This document shows positions 28,813 through 38,135 of a stretch of DNA of 64,000 nucleotides, in pieces. The stretch's first letter is position 1. Every line of letters begins with the position of its first letter. The DNA comes from Candidatus Latescibacterota bacterium (GTDB lineage Bacteria > Latescibacterota > UBA2968 > UBA8231). Under the pieces are notes generated by a model that made no database searches, was not told the origin of the DNA, and saw nothing but the letters and a program-made list of their open reading frames with translations. The DNA is taken from the NCBI GenBank assembly GCA_965208105.1, contig OZ242318.1, forward strand, positions 1,248,001 through 1,312,000, written 5' to 3'. The position numbers and the translations under genes were made by a program.

Positions 28813-29517
28813 ATGGAATTATTCATCATCCGGCATGGCCAGTCGTTCAACAACGCGCTGGCGGAAGAGCACGCCGGCCAGCGCCACCGGGATCCGGCGC
28901 TGACCGAAACCGGCGAGCGGCAGGCGGAATGCGTCGCCCCCTTTCTGGCGGCCGGCAGGCACCTTGCTCCCGGCGAGAGGGCGGCGGGAGGTCCCCGTTT
29001 CGACGAGCTCTACTGCAGTCCCATGATTCGCGCCCTGCAGACCGCAGAGCCCATTGCCCGGGAACTGGACATGGCGCCCGAAGTCTGGGTGGACATCCAC
29101 GAGGAGGGGGGAATATTCCTCGATCATGGTCCCGATGGTGGGGTGGTGGGATATCCGGGGCAGACCCGGAAGGAGATAGAGGAGCGCTTCCCCGGCTATG
29201 TGCTGCCGCTGGAGGTTGGCGAACAGGGGTGGTGGAACCACGGCTTCGAGGAGCGGCAATGGTGCCTCGGGCGGGCAATAGGGGTGGCGTCCGCCTTGCT
29301 CGAACGCGCCTCCGAAGACCGCCGCATCGGCCTTGTTTCCCACGGTGGATTCATCGACGCGCTCCTGAAGGCCTTCGGCCGTCAACTGCCGGGCAACGGG
29401 TTCCATTACCATCACCACAACACCGCCATCACCCGGCTCGGTTTTGGCGCCCAGGGCAGGATAGACATCCGCTACATGAATCGGGTGGACCATCTCCCCC
29501 GTGAACTGCTCACCTGA
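28813..29517 (+). CDS. Histidine phosphatase family protein (phosphoglycerate mutase-like)
   Basis: IRHGQS, LTETGERQA, SPMIRALQTA, VSHGG, HNTAI. Confidence 0.9.
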   Translation: MELFIIRHGQSFNNALAEEHAGQRHRDPALTETGERQAECVAPFLAAGRHLAPGERAAGGPRFDELYCSPMIRALQTAEPIARELDMAPEVWVDIHEEGGIFLDHGPDGGVVGYPGQTRKEIEERFPGYVLPLEVGEQGWWNHGFEERQWCLGRAIGVASALLERASEDRRIGLVSHGGFIDALLKAFGRQLPGNGFHYHHHNTAITRLGFGAQGRIDIRYMNRVDHLPRELLT

Positions 29518-29536
29518 TGAACCGGAGTACTCTCGC

Positions 29537-29875
29537 ATGAAAATCCACGGCCTCACAGTCAACCTGAAAGACGACCCGGAAGTTATCGAGAAATACAAGG
29601 AGTACCACAGCGAGCCCTGGCCCGAGGTCATGGAGTCGCTGCGCGCCTCCGGCGTGCTCGATATGAAGATCTTCCTGCTGGGAAGGCGCATGTTCATGTA
29701 TCTGGTCACTACCGACGAGTTCGGCTCGGAGACGGAGGCCGCAGCAGAAGGGGTGACCCATCCGCGGGTGGAAAGGTGGAACGAATTGATGAACGGCTTT
29801 CAGGAGGCCGTGCCCGAATCCCCCGAAACGCTGTGGGCGCCCATGGAACAGGTCTTTGATTTCAAGCAGCATTGA
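29537..29875 (+). CDS. L-rhamnose mutarotase-like protein
   Basis: YKEYH..WPEV, MKIF, RWNELM and MEQVF pattern of the RhaM/DUF718 family. Confidence 0.75.
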   Translation: MKIHGLTVNLKDDPEVIEKYKEYHSEPWPEVMESLRASGVLDMKIFLLGRRMFMYLVTTDEFGSETEAAAEGVTHPRVERWNELMNGFQEAVPESPETLWAPMEQVFDFKQH

Positions 29876-29940
29876 TCGGCGGCGCGAACCGGAGGCTGTC
29901 CAACCCGGATTTTCCGGGCGAGGACCAGAGGAAGATTTCA

Positions 29941-31023
29941 TTGGTCTACAATTTCTCCCCCGGACCCGCACTGCTGCCCCCCGGGGTCCTGCGGGAAGCG
30001 GCGGCGCAGCTGGTCGACTTCCGGGAAAGCGGCACATCCATCGTCGAGGTGAGCCACCGCAGCAGCAGCTACGAGGAAATGCACCGCGAAACCATGGTGC
30101 TGTTCCGGCGGATTTATGCGGTGCCCGACCATTTCGCCATTCTCCTCCTCCAGGGCGGTGCCTCGGCCCAGTTCGGCATGGTGCCGCTCAACCTGATTCG
30201 GCCGGGATCATCCGCCGACTACGTGCACACCGGACACTGGTCGGCGAAGGCCATCGAGGAAGTCCGCGTCCTTGGCAGGAACCACCGCATCGCCGCCAGC
30301 AGCGCGGACCGCAACTTCAGCTATATCCCATCCGGACCGGAGCTGAACCTGGACGGGAAGGCCGAGTACCTTCACATAACAACCAACAACACGGTCTACG
30401 GCACCCAGTACCCCTCCCTTCCCGACGGCGGCGGCGTCTGCCTGGTGGCGGACATGTCTTCGGATATTCTGTCGCGGCCCCTCGCCTGGGAGAATATCGG
30501 AATGGTATACGCCGGGGCCCAGAAGAACGCCGGAATCGCCGGTCTCACCCTGGTCATCCTGAGGCGGGACCTCCTGCAGCGCGAATGCCCCACTACACCC
30601 GCCATGCTGCGCTACTCGACCCACGTGAAATCCCATTCCCTCTACAATACACCGCCGGTTTTCGCGGTCTGCGTATTCAACCTCGTGCTTCACTGGATTG
30701 AAGAACAGGGAGGCCTGGCAGACATGGAGAGGCGCAATCGCCGCAAGGCGGAACTGATATACCATGTCCTGGACGGGCAGGGAGGGTTCTACCGTGGCCA
30801 CGCCGAGCTCCCCTGGCGCTCGCAGATGAACATTGCCTTCAATCTGCGGGACCGCGGTTTGGAGCCTGTTTTCTTGCGCGACGCCGAGGATGCAGGGCTG
30901 CGGGGTCTCGAGGGACACCGCGCCCTGGGGGGCGTCAGGGCCTCCGCGTACAACGCCATGAGCCGGGAGGGATGCAAGGCCCTGGCAGACTTCATGACCG
31001 ATTTCGCCAGGCGCTACGGGTGA
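29941..31023 (+). CDS. serC: Phosphoserine aminotransferase
   Basis: YNFSPGPA, SHRS, QGGAS, DMSS, PLP lysine in GAQKN, YNTPP, GHRALGGVRAS. The start is uncertain (TTG 29941 or 29872). Confidence 0.92.
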   Translation: MVYNFSPGPALLPPGVLREAAAQLVDFRESGTSIVEVSHRSSSYEEMHRETMVLFRRIYAVPDHFAILLLQGGASAQFGMVPLNLIRPGSSADYVHTGHWSAKAIEEVRVLGRNHRIAASSADRNFSYIPSGPELNLDGKAEYLHITTNNTVYGTQYPSLPDGGGVCLVADMSSDILSRPLAWENIGMVYAGAQKNAGIAGLTLVILRRDLLQRECPTTPAMLRYSTHVKSHSLYNTPPVFAVCVFNLVLHWIEEQGGLADMERRNRRKAELIYHVLDGQGGFYRGHAELPWRSQMNIAFNLRDRGLEPVFLRDAEDAGLRGLEGHRALGGVRASAYNAMSREGCKALADFMTDFARRYG

Positions 31024-31176
31024 GAAAGGGGCCCCTTACGCCCCATCGGGCAGCATTGCCTGCAAGCCTGGGGAGGTTGGGTGCAGACTGAACACGGCCC
31101 GCAGGGTCAATCCCGCCGGAAACCCCCTATTCTCGGGACAAATCGGGCCGGCGGTCCGAAAATACAGGCTGCAGAA

Positions 31177-32298
31177 ATGGTTCGCGACCTACTCGCCAGT
31201 AACCCCGACATCGAAAAATTCCGCAAACTCCTGCTGGACTGGTACCGGAGCAACAGGAGAGACCTGCCCTGGCGCGACAGCGGCGATCCCTATCACATCT
31301 GGGTATCGGAAATCATGCTGCAGCAGACGCGCGCTGACCAGATGGAGGCCTACTTCGACCGCTTTATCCGGACCTTTCCCACGGTGGGGGATCTGGCCTC
31401 CGCTTCCGAGGACCAGGTCCTCAAGGTCTGGGAGGGGTTGGGGTACTATGCTCGCGCGCGCAACATGCTCAAGGCCGCCCGGCGCCTGCTTGCCGAGCGC
31501 GGCGGACGCCTTCCCGACACCTACGACGAGCTTGTCGAGCTTCCCGGGATCGGACCGTACACCGCGGCTGCGGTAAGCAGTATCGCCTTCGACCGCGACC
31601 ATCCAGTGCTCGACGGCAACGTCACCCGCCTCCTGTGCAGGGTCCTTCGCCTCGAAGAGGACCCGCGCAAAGCTGCCGCCAGAGCAGGGCTGATCGCAGC
31701 CGGGGAACGGCTGCTGCCTCCGGGACAAGCCGGCGACTTCAATCAGGCCATGATGGAACTGGGATCGCGCCTGTGCACTCCCGCGCGTCCGAGGTGCGGG
31801 TCCTGCCCCCTCGGTTCACTATGCCGTGCCCGCGCCGAGCTGCAGGATCCCTCGGCGCTGCCGCGAAAGGCCGCGAAAAGGAAAAGGCCGCATTACCAGG
31901 TGACTGCCGGCCTCATCCACAGGGGGGACAAGCTGCTCATCGCCCGGCGGCCCGCCGAGGGCATGCTGGGCGGGCTGTGGGAATTCCCCGGGGGCAAGCA
32001 GGAGCCGGGGGAAAGCCTCGAGGAGTGCCTGGTCAGGGAAATCCGCGAGGAACTCGGCATCGCCATCGAGGTGGAGGATTTCCTGGTCCGGGTCGATCAT
32101 GGGTATTCGCATTTCAGCATCACCCTGCACGCCTTTGCGGCCAGGTTTCTGCATGGCAGACCCAGGGCCCTGGGCTGCGCCGACTGGCGCTGGATCGACC
32201 CGGACGAACTGGACCAATTCGCCTTCCCCAGGGCCGACCGCCGCATAATCGAGCATTTGAGCGCAGGTCGGGTTCCATCCGGCCTGTTGCGGAAATAG
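31177..32298 (+). CDS. mutY: A/G-specific adenine glycosylase with C-terminal Nudix (MutT-like) domain
   Basis: RDLPWR, WVSEIMLQQT, WEGLGYY, HhH motif LPGIGPYTA, DGNV, Fe-S motif CTPARPRCGSCPLGSLC, full Nudix box. Confidence 0.92.
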   Translation: MVRDLLASNPDIEKFRKLLLDWYRSNRRDLPWRDSGDPYHIWVSEIMLQQTRADQMEAYFDRFIRTFPTVGDLASASEDQVLKVWEGLGYYARARNMLKAARRLLAERGGRLPDTYDELVELPGIGPYTAAAVSSIAFDRDHPVLDGNVTRLLCRVLRLEEDPRKAAARAGLIAAGERLLPPGQAGDFNQAMMELGSRLCTPARPRCGSCPLGSLCRARAELQDPSALPRKAAKRKRPHYQVTAGLIHRGDKLLIARRPAEGMLGGLWEFPGGKQEPGESLEECLVREIREELGIAIEVEDFLVRVDHGYSHFSITLHAFAARFLHGRPRALGCADWRWIDPDELDQFAFPRADRRIIEHLSAGRVPSGLLRK

Positions 32299-32308
32299 AG
32301 ACAGATAA

Positions 32309-32944
32309 ATGGGAGCGGCCAAGCCTCCAAATATCCTCAAGCGACTTTACGACTGGTTGCTGAGCTGGGCGAAAACCCCTTACGGCGGCCCTGTCCTTTT
32401 TGTCTGGGCCTTTGCCGAATCGTCCTTCTTTCCCCTGCCGCCGGATGCATTGCTCGTAGCCCTGGTACTGGGTGCGCGTTCAAAAGCATTGTACTTCGCA
32501 GGAGTGACCTCCATCGCCTCGGTCATGGGAGGAGTCGCGGGCTACCTCATCGGCCATTATCTGTGGTGGTCGGGACCGGGGGTATTCAGCGAAACCGCCC
32601 AATTTTTCTTCACCCACGTGCCCGGCTTCACCCCCGCCCAGTTCGCGAGGGTTCAGGAACTATATGACGCCTGGGACTTCGCGGTGGTGTTCAGCGCCGG
32701 TTTCACCCCAATTCCCTATAAGGTCATCACCGTTTCGGCGGGGGCCTTCGACATTTCCTTCGCCGTCTTCGTCCTGGCTTCGGTGGTCAGTCGGTCCGCC
32801 CGATTTTTCCTGGTCGCCGGTTTGTTGTGGAAGTTCGGCCCGGCGGTGAAGGAAATAATCGACCGTCACTTCAATCTGCTCACCGTCGCCTTCGTCGTCC
32901 TGCTTGCAGCGGGGTTTTACATCTTCCGAATCTGGGCGAACTGA
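32309..32944 (+). CDS. YqaA/DedA (VTT domain) membrane protein
   Basis: FAESSFFPLPPD, GFTPIPYKV, SRSARFF. Confidence 0.88.
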   Translation: MGAAKPPNILKRLYDWLLSWAKTPYGGPVLFVWAFAESSFFPLPPDALLVALVLGARSKALYFAGVTSIASVMGGVAGYLIGHYLWWSGPGVFSETAQFFFTHVPGFTPAQFARVQELYDAWDFAVVFSAGFTPIPYKVITVSAGAFDISFAVFVLASVVSRSARFFLVAGLLWKFGPAVKEIIDRHFNLLTVAFVVLLAAGFYIFRIWAN

Positions 32945-32946
32945 AC

Positions 32947-33165
32947 TCAATTCCTGTTCAATTCATCGCGCGCTCGGCGGAAACGCTTCATGCGCCGGTA
33001 GAATATTATCAGCAGGCCTGCCAGGGCGCCGTAGAGGAAAAGATCGTAGAAGGGACCATCCCAGCCCAGTATGGTCGGCCATAGGCTCAGGATGCAGAGA
33101 ATGATGAAAAGGTCCTCGATGAGATGCTTGGGCTTTCCATCGGATCGACCCGGAGATTCAGACAT
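32947..33165 (-). CDS. Small two-TM hypothetical membrane protein
   Basis: Two hydrophobic segments and a basic tail; start overlaps the stop of the upstream transglycosylase gene. Confidence 0.55.
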   Translation of the reverse strand: MSESPGRSDGKPKHLIEDLFIILCILSLWPTILGWDGPFYDLFLYGALAGLLIIFYRRMKRFRRARDELNRN

Positions 33166-35266
33166 TGGCCAGAGCCTTGTAAATGGTATAGTTCTTCAGG
33201 ACGAGCTTGACGTAGAGCCGCGTCTCCTTGTATGGAATGCGCTCGACGAATACATCCGCATCTTCAATGGGGAAGCGGCCCAGCCATTTGCGGGCGACAC
33301 CCGGACCGGCATTGTAGGCGATCAGACCAAGCTCGAACCCCAGGTCCTGGGTTGGCCCCTCCGTAAATTGACGCACCTGGTTGCCCAGGAAGTAGCTTCC
33401 CATGCGAATGGAAAGGCTGGGGTTGAAAAGCTCCCCGCTCTCGAGAGCTCCAAGGCCCATGGTTTGCGCAAGGCGCCGCCCGGTCTGAGGCATGATCTGC
33501 ATGAGCCCCATCGCTCCCGCGCGTGATACCGCTTTCTCCTGAAAAGAACTCTCCTGCCTGATCACCGAAAGAACCAGGTAAGGATCTATCCCGGCTTCCT
33601 GCGCCGCCCTTTCGACCTCTTCCCAGTAGTAGTTGGGATAGAGGTGATGGAGGTCGGACATGCTCGCGTCGGCGACGAAAATGCGCATGGCCAGGGCCAG
33701 CGCCCGGTCCAGAAGACCAAAGTCCTCGTAGTGGTCCCGGACCACCCGGAGTGCGGCGATGTTGTCCCGGTTGAGACGCTCCGCCCGGTGCAGCTCCGAT
33801 TGGGCGAGTTGCACAAGGCCCAGTTGACGCAGTGCATCTGCCCGCTGCAGGCATTGAACCCCGGCTGCGGACAGGGCCGCCTTGCGGCTGGCGCGCAAGG
33901 ATTCGGAGACGGGCAGCTTTGAACCTGCCCCATCCATATAGCCCTGGGCCCTCGCCCGGGCGGAGTAGTAAGAGCGCGGAAAGCCGCGCGCGGCACTGCG
34001 GAAGTATGCCAGCGCCTGGTCCTCGAGCTGCATTTGACGAGAGGCTTTGCCTGCCCAGAACAGGCTCTGGTCAACGATGTGAGGTTCCCGCGCGGTACCG
34101 CTCAATCCACGAAAAACCTCGAGGGCTTCACCATACTGCTTCCTGCAGTAGTGCATGAAGCCGATGTTCCATTGGGCCTCTTCCCCGTAACGGCTCTCGG
34201 GGTAGCGCTCGGCCAGCTTGCGATAGAGGGCGATTGCCCGGTCGAAGCGGTTGCGGCGCTCCATGGCCTTGGCGGCCTGCCACAGCGCCTGGTCGGCCAG
34301 TTCGTGATCCGGGTACAGCCGCACGAATTTTTCGAAGGAGCGTATTGCTTGCGACTCCTGGTCGCGCCGGATCTGGACACTTCCGAGCCGATAGAGGGCG
34401 GATGGACGCCTGTAGCGCTCGTAGACCATGGCAAAGACCTTTTGAGCATCGGCGTAGCGGCGCGTTCCCACATGGGCCCGGCCCACCAGGAAGTGGGCTT
34501 CCCCGGCCAGAGCATGATGGGGATAGGCCGTAAGGAATTTCTCCAGGCTTCCCGCCGCCCGGCGGTAGTGGCGGTGGCGAAGGTGAACCACCGCACGGGC
34601 GTAGAGATCTTTCGGGGATCCGCTATCCCCCAATCTGGCCATGGCGTCCAGGGCGAGACTATGGCCGGGATGCCTCCTCATCAACTGGATGCGCCGGTTC
34701 CGGGCGGCGCCGGGGTCGTCGCGGGCGTCGTGCGTACGCGCCAGCAGGTGCAGCACCTCCGGGGTCAGTTCGGGCCTGCGCTTGAGCAACTGCCGGTAGA
34801 GTTGCACGGCTTCGTCGTAGGTCCGGCCGCCAACGTAGAGTGCGGCAAGCCGGAAGTACGCCGAGTCCAGGAGAGCTCGATGCTGGGAACTAAGGAGAAA
34901 ATCCTGGTAGGCTGAAATGGCGCCTTCGCGCTCCTCCATTTCCTCCAGGGCAGCGGCCATCCAGTAGCGCCGGTACTCTTCCAGGACGGGGTGGGGTTGC
35001 AGCCGGTGAAGGTTTGCGTAGGCCTCCTCCGGTTTGTTCAGGGCGCGCTCGCACAGGGCTTTCTGGATGATCAGGCGCTGGCGCTGGGACAGGTTCCCCC
35101 CTTCCAGGTCCTGCAGCAGGGCATAGGCTTTTTCGTGCTCGCCGCGGGCGATCAACTCGGCGACCTCGTGGTCCTCCTCGGTCTCGGGAGGCACGGGTCT
35201 GATTATGAGAGGCAGCAGCGCCATGAGACCGAGGGAGGTCCATAGCGGCCGGATTCGGGATGACAT
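33158..35266 (-). CDS. Soluble lytic transglycosylase (SLT domain) with TPR repeats
   Basis: C-terminal IRQES, AMGLMQIMP, AYNAG and ETRLYVK; TPR-like helices; N-terminal membrane/signal segment. Start approximate. Confidence 0.88.
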   Translation of the reverse strand: MSSRIRPLWTSLGLMALLPLIIRPVPPETEEDHEVAELIARGEHEKAYALLQDLEGGNLSQRQRLIIQKALCERALNKPEEAYANLHRLQPHPVLEEYRRYWMAAALEEMEEREGAISAYQDFLLSSQHRALLDSAYFRLAALYVGGRTYDEAVQLYRQLLKRRPELTPEVLHLLARTHDARDDPGAARNRRIQLMRRHPGHSLALDAMARLGDSGSPKDLYARAVVHLRHRHYRRAAGSLEKFLTAYPHHALAGEAHFLVGRAHVGTRRYADAQKVFAMVYERYRRPSALYRLGSVQIRRDQESQAIRSFEKFVRLYPDHELADQALWQAAKAMERRNRFDRAIALYRKLAERYPESRYGEEAQWNIGFMHYCRKQYGEALEVFRGLSGTAREPHIVDQSLFWAGKASRQMQLEDQALAYFRSAARGFPRSYYSARARAQGYMDGAGSKLPVSESLRASRKAALSAAGVQCLQRADALRQLGLVQLAQSELHRAERLNRDNIAALRVVRDHYEDFGLLDRALALAMRIFVADASMSDLHHLYPNYYWEEVERAAQEAGIDPYLVLSVIRQESSFQEKAVSRAGAMGLMQIMPQTGRRLAQTMGLGALESGELFNPSLSIRMGSYFLGNQVRQFTEGPTQDLGFELGLIAYNAGPGVARKWLGRFPIEDADVFVERIPYKETRLYVKLVLKNYTIYKALANV

Positions 35267-35434
35267 GGAATACACCCGTCTTGTTGGTTGGGAGAATCGA
35301 CCCCATTTCTGCACTTCTTCCATATAAAATAGGGCTGGTGTCTCGCCCTGGCCAAGCAAAAAATCAGGAGAGAACCGGCTGGATTCAGGGGAACGGCGAC
35401 TGGTTGTGGACCCAACAGGGGCCGGCGGATGGGA

Positions 35435-38110
35435 TCAGGTGGTAGCCGGGTTGGCCTTTTCCGGATCCAGGTCCAGCTTTTTGATTGCCGTCGAGACCAT
35501 CTCCGCATCGATTTCGCCCTTGCGGGCAAGCGCGCTCAGGGTTGCCAGAGCGATGAAGCGCGCGTCGATCTCGAAAAACTCGCGCAGGGAACCGCGGCTT
35601 TCGCTGCGGCCGAAGCCGTCGGTACCCAGGGCGACGGGAGGACGAGGGAACCACCGGGCGATGGAGTTGGGCAGGGCCTTGAGATAGTCGGAAGCCACCA
35701 CGAAGACCCCGTCCATCCCCTCGAGGCACCTGGCCAGATAGGGAGGCCTGGGGGCCGATCCCGGATGCAGCATGCTCCAGCGTTCCGCCTCCACCGCGTC
35801 GCGGTAGAGCTCCTTGAAGCTGGTAATCGACCACACGTCCGCCGCCACTCCAAAGTCCCGGGCGAGAATTTCCTGGGCATTCACCGCTTCGTTCAGAATG
35901 GAGCCACTTCCGAAGAGATGGGCGCATGGGCGGCCTTCCGGGGCTTCTCTATAGCGGTACATACCCTTGAGGATCCCTCCTTCGACTCCTGCGGGCATGG
36001 ACGGCATGGGATAGGTCTCGTTCAGCAAGGTCAGGTAGAAGAAGACATCTTCCCGCTCGGCGTACATCCGGCGGATTCCCGACCGGATGATAACGGCCAG
36101 TTCGTAGGCGAAGGCCGGGTCGTATGCAACCAGGTTGGGAACGGGATAGGCGAGCAGGTGGCTGTGGCCGTCCTGATGCTGCAGCCCCTCGCCGTTAAGG
36201 GTGGTGCGGCCGGAGGTTCCGCCGAGCAGAAAGCCGCGGGTGCGCATATCCCCCGCTGCCCAGGCCAGATCGCCGACGCGCTGAAGACCGAAAATGGAGT
36301 AGAAGATGAAGAACGGGATGGTGTTGATGCCGTGGGTGGCGTAGGCGGTCCCGGCGGCGATGAAGGAAGCCATGGCTCCTGCCTCGGTGATACCTTCCTC
36401 GAGAATCTGGCCGTCCTGCGCTTCTTTGTAGTAGAGCAAGGTGTCGCGGTCCACCGGTTCGTAGAGCTGGCCGATGTGGGAGTAGATGCCGCACTGGCGG
36501 AACAGCGTCTCCATTCCGAATGTGCGGGCTTCGTCCGGGACGATGGGCACGATGAGCTTGCCCAGCGTTTCGTCGCGCAGGAGCTTGGACAGCATGCGCA
36601 CGAATTCCATGGTGGTGGAGGCGGACCGAACCCCGGTGCCCCGGTGAAACTCCTCGAAAACACCCGGCGCCGGAGTCCCGAGGGCGGGGTTGGCGACGCG
36701 ACGCGACGGCAGGCAGCCTCCGAGGGCGCGCCGGCGCTCTTTGAGATACTCGACCTCCGGACTGTTTTCGGGCGGGAGATAAAACGGGGCATCGGCCACT
36801 TCGCTGTCGGACAGGGGAATCCCGAAGCGGGTGCGGAACCGCCGCAGGTCTTCCTCGTCCAGCTTCTTCTGCTGGTGGGCTATGTTGCGGCCCTCCGCGC
36901 TCTCTCCCAGGCCGTATCCCTTGATGGTCTTGGCCAGGATCACGGTTGGAGACCCCACGTGTTCGGCGGCCGCCTTGTAGGCCGCGTATACCTTGTCCGG
37001 GTCGTGGCCGCCGCGGCGTATGGTGCGGATGTGCTCGTCGGTGAGCAGACCTGCGATTTCGAGCAGCCTGGGATCTTTGCCGAAGAAGTGGCGGCGGCCA
37101 TAGGCGCCGCTTTCAACGGTGTATTTCTGGTACTGGCCGTCGACGATTTCCCCCATGCGCTCGACCAGGAGCCCGTCGCTGTCCATGGCCAGCAGGGGAT
37201 CCCAGCCCCCGCCCCAGATCACCTTGATGACGTTCCAGCCGGCGCCGCGGAACAGGGTCTCGAGCTCCTGGATGATCTTGCCGTTTCCGCGCACCGGACC
37301 GTCGAGTCGCTGCAGGTTGCAATTGATCACGAAGATCAGGTTGTCCAGCTTCTCGCGCCCGGCCAGGCTGATGGCGCCCAGGGCCTCGGGCTCGTCCGTC
37401 TCCCCGTCGCCGATGAAGCACCAGACCTTGGCGCTGCCGACCGACTTCAAACCACGGTCCTCCAGGTAGTGGTTGAAACGCGCCTGGTAGATGGCCATGA
37501 TGGGGCTCAATCCCATGGATGCGGTGGGGAACTCCCAGAAGTCGGGCATGAGCCAGGGATGCGGATAGGAAGAAAGACCGCCTCCCGGGCTGAGTTCGTG
37601 GCGAAAGTTGCCCAGTTGTTCCTCGGAGAGCCGGCCCTCGAGGAAAGCGCGGGCGTAGATCCCAGGGGACGTGTGGGCCTGGAAGTACACCTGGTCCCCG
37701 TTGCAATGGTCGTCCCTGCCGCGGAAAAAGTGATTGAATCCCACCTCGTACAAGGTGGCCGCCGAGGCGTAGGTGGCGAGATGGCCGCCGATGGTCGCAT
37801 CGCTGCGGTTGGCGCGGACCACCATGATCATGGCGTTCCAGCGCAGAATATTGCGGATGCGGCCCTCGAGCTCGTGGCTGCCCGGGAAAGGCGGCTGCAG
37901 GTGGGGTGGTATGGTGTTGATGTAGGGAGTGTTGCCGGCGGAGGGGATGTCGACCCCCGACCGGAGGGCATGGGCATGGATCTGCTCGAGCAGGTGGCGG
38001 GCTCGCTCCGCACCGCCGCGCTGCAGGACGTGGTCGAATGACTCGAGCCATTCCGAAGTCTCTATGGCTTCCTCTGAGAGGGTGTCCTCCGGTATGGATT
38101 TCCCATCCAT
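35435..38110 (-). CDS. aceE: Pyruvate/2-oxoacid dehydrogenase E1, homodimeric AceE type, second copy
   Basis: YINTIP, GGHLATYAS, LSSYPHP, TPP motif GDGETDE...NCNLQRLDG, PDEARTF, EEGITE, GEGLQH, LGTDGFGRS. Confidence 0.9.
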   Translation of the reverse strand: MDGKSIPEDTLSEEAIETSEWLESFDHVLQRGGAERARHLLEQIHAHALRSGVDIPSAGNTPYINTIPPHLQPPFPGSHELEGRIRNILRWNAMIMVVRANRSDATIGGHLATYASAATLYEVGFNHFFRGRDDHCNGDQVYFQAHTSPGIYARAFLEGRLSEEQLGNFRHELSPGGGLSSYPHPWLMPDFWEFPTASMGLSPIMAIYQARFNHYLEDRGLKSVGSAKVWCFIGDGETDEPEALGAISLAGREKLDNLIFVINCNLQRLDGPVRGNGKIIQELETLFRGAGWNVIKVIWGGGWDPLLAMDSDGLLVERMGEIVDGQYQKYTVESGAYGRRHFFGKDPRLLEIAGLLTDEHIRTIRRGGHDPDKVYAAYKAAAEHVGSPTVILAKTIKGYGLGESAEGRNIAHQQKKLDEEDLRRFRTRFGIPLSDSEVADAPFYLPPENSPEVEYLKERRRALGGCLPSRRVANPALGTPAPGVFEEFHRGTGVRSASTTMEFVRMLSKLLRDETLGKLIVPIVPDEARTFGMETLFRQCGIYSHIGQLYEPVDRDTLLYYKEAQDGQILEEGITEAGAMASFIAAGTAYATHGINTIPFFIFYSIFGLQRVGDLAWAAGDMRTRGFLLGGTSGRTTLNGEGLQHQDGHSHLLAYPVPNLVAYDPAFAYELAVIIRSGIRRMYAEREDVFFYLTLLNETYPMPSMPAGVEGGILKGMYRYREAPEGRPCAHLFGSGSILNEAVNAQEILARDFGVAADVWSITSFKELYRDAVEAERWSMLHPGSAPRPPYLARCLEGMDGVFVVASDYLKALPNSIARWFPRPPVALGTDGFGRSESRGSLREFFEIDARFIALATLSALARKGEIDAEMVSTAIKKLDLDPEKANPATT

Positions 38111-38135
38111 GAAACGGCTGCCCTCTTGGCGAATG

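Noticed and set aside
35429-38041. 870-aa plus-strand ORF
   Set aside because: Codon-register mirror of aceE on the opposite strand.
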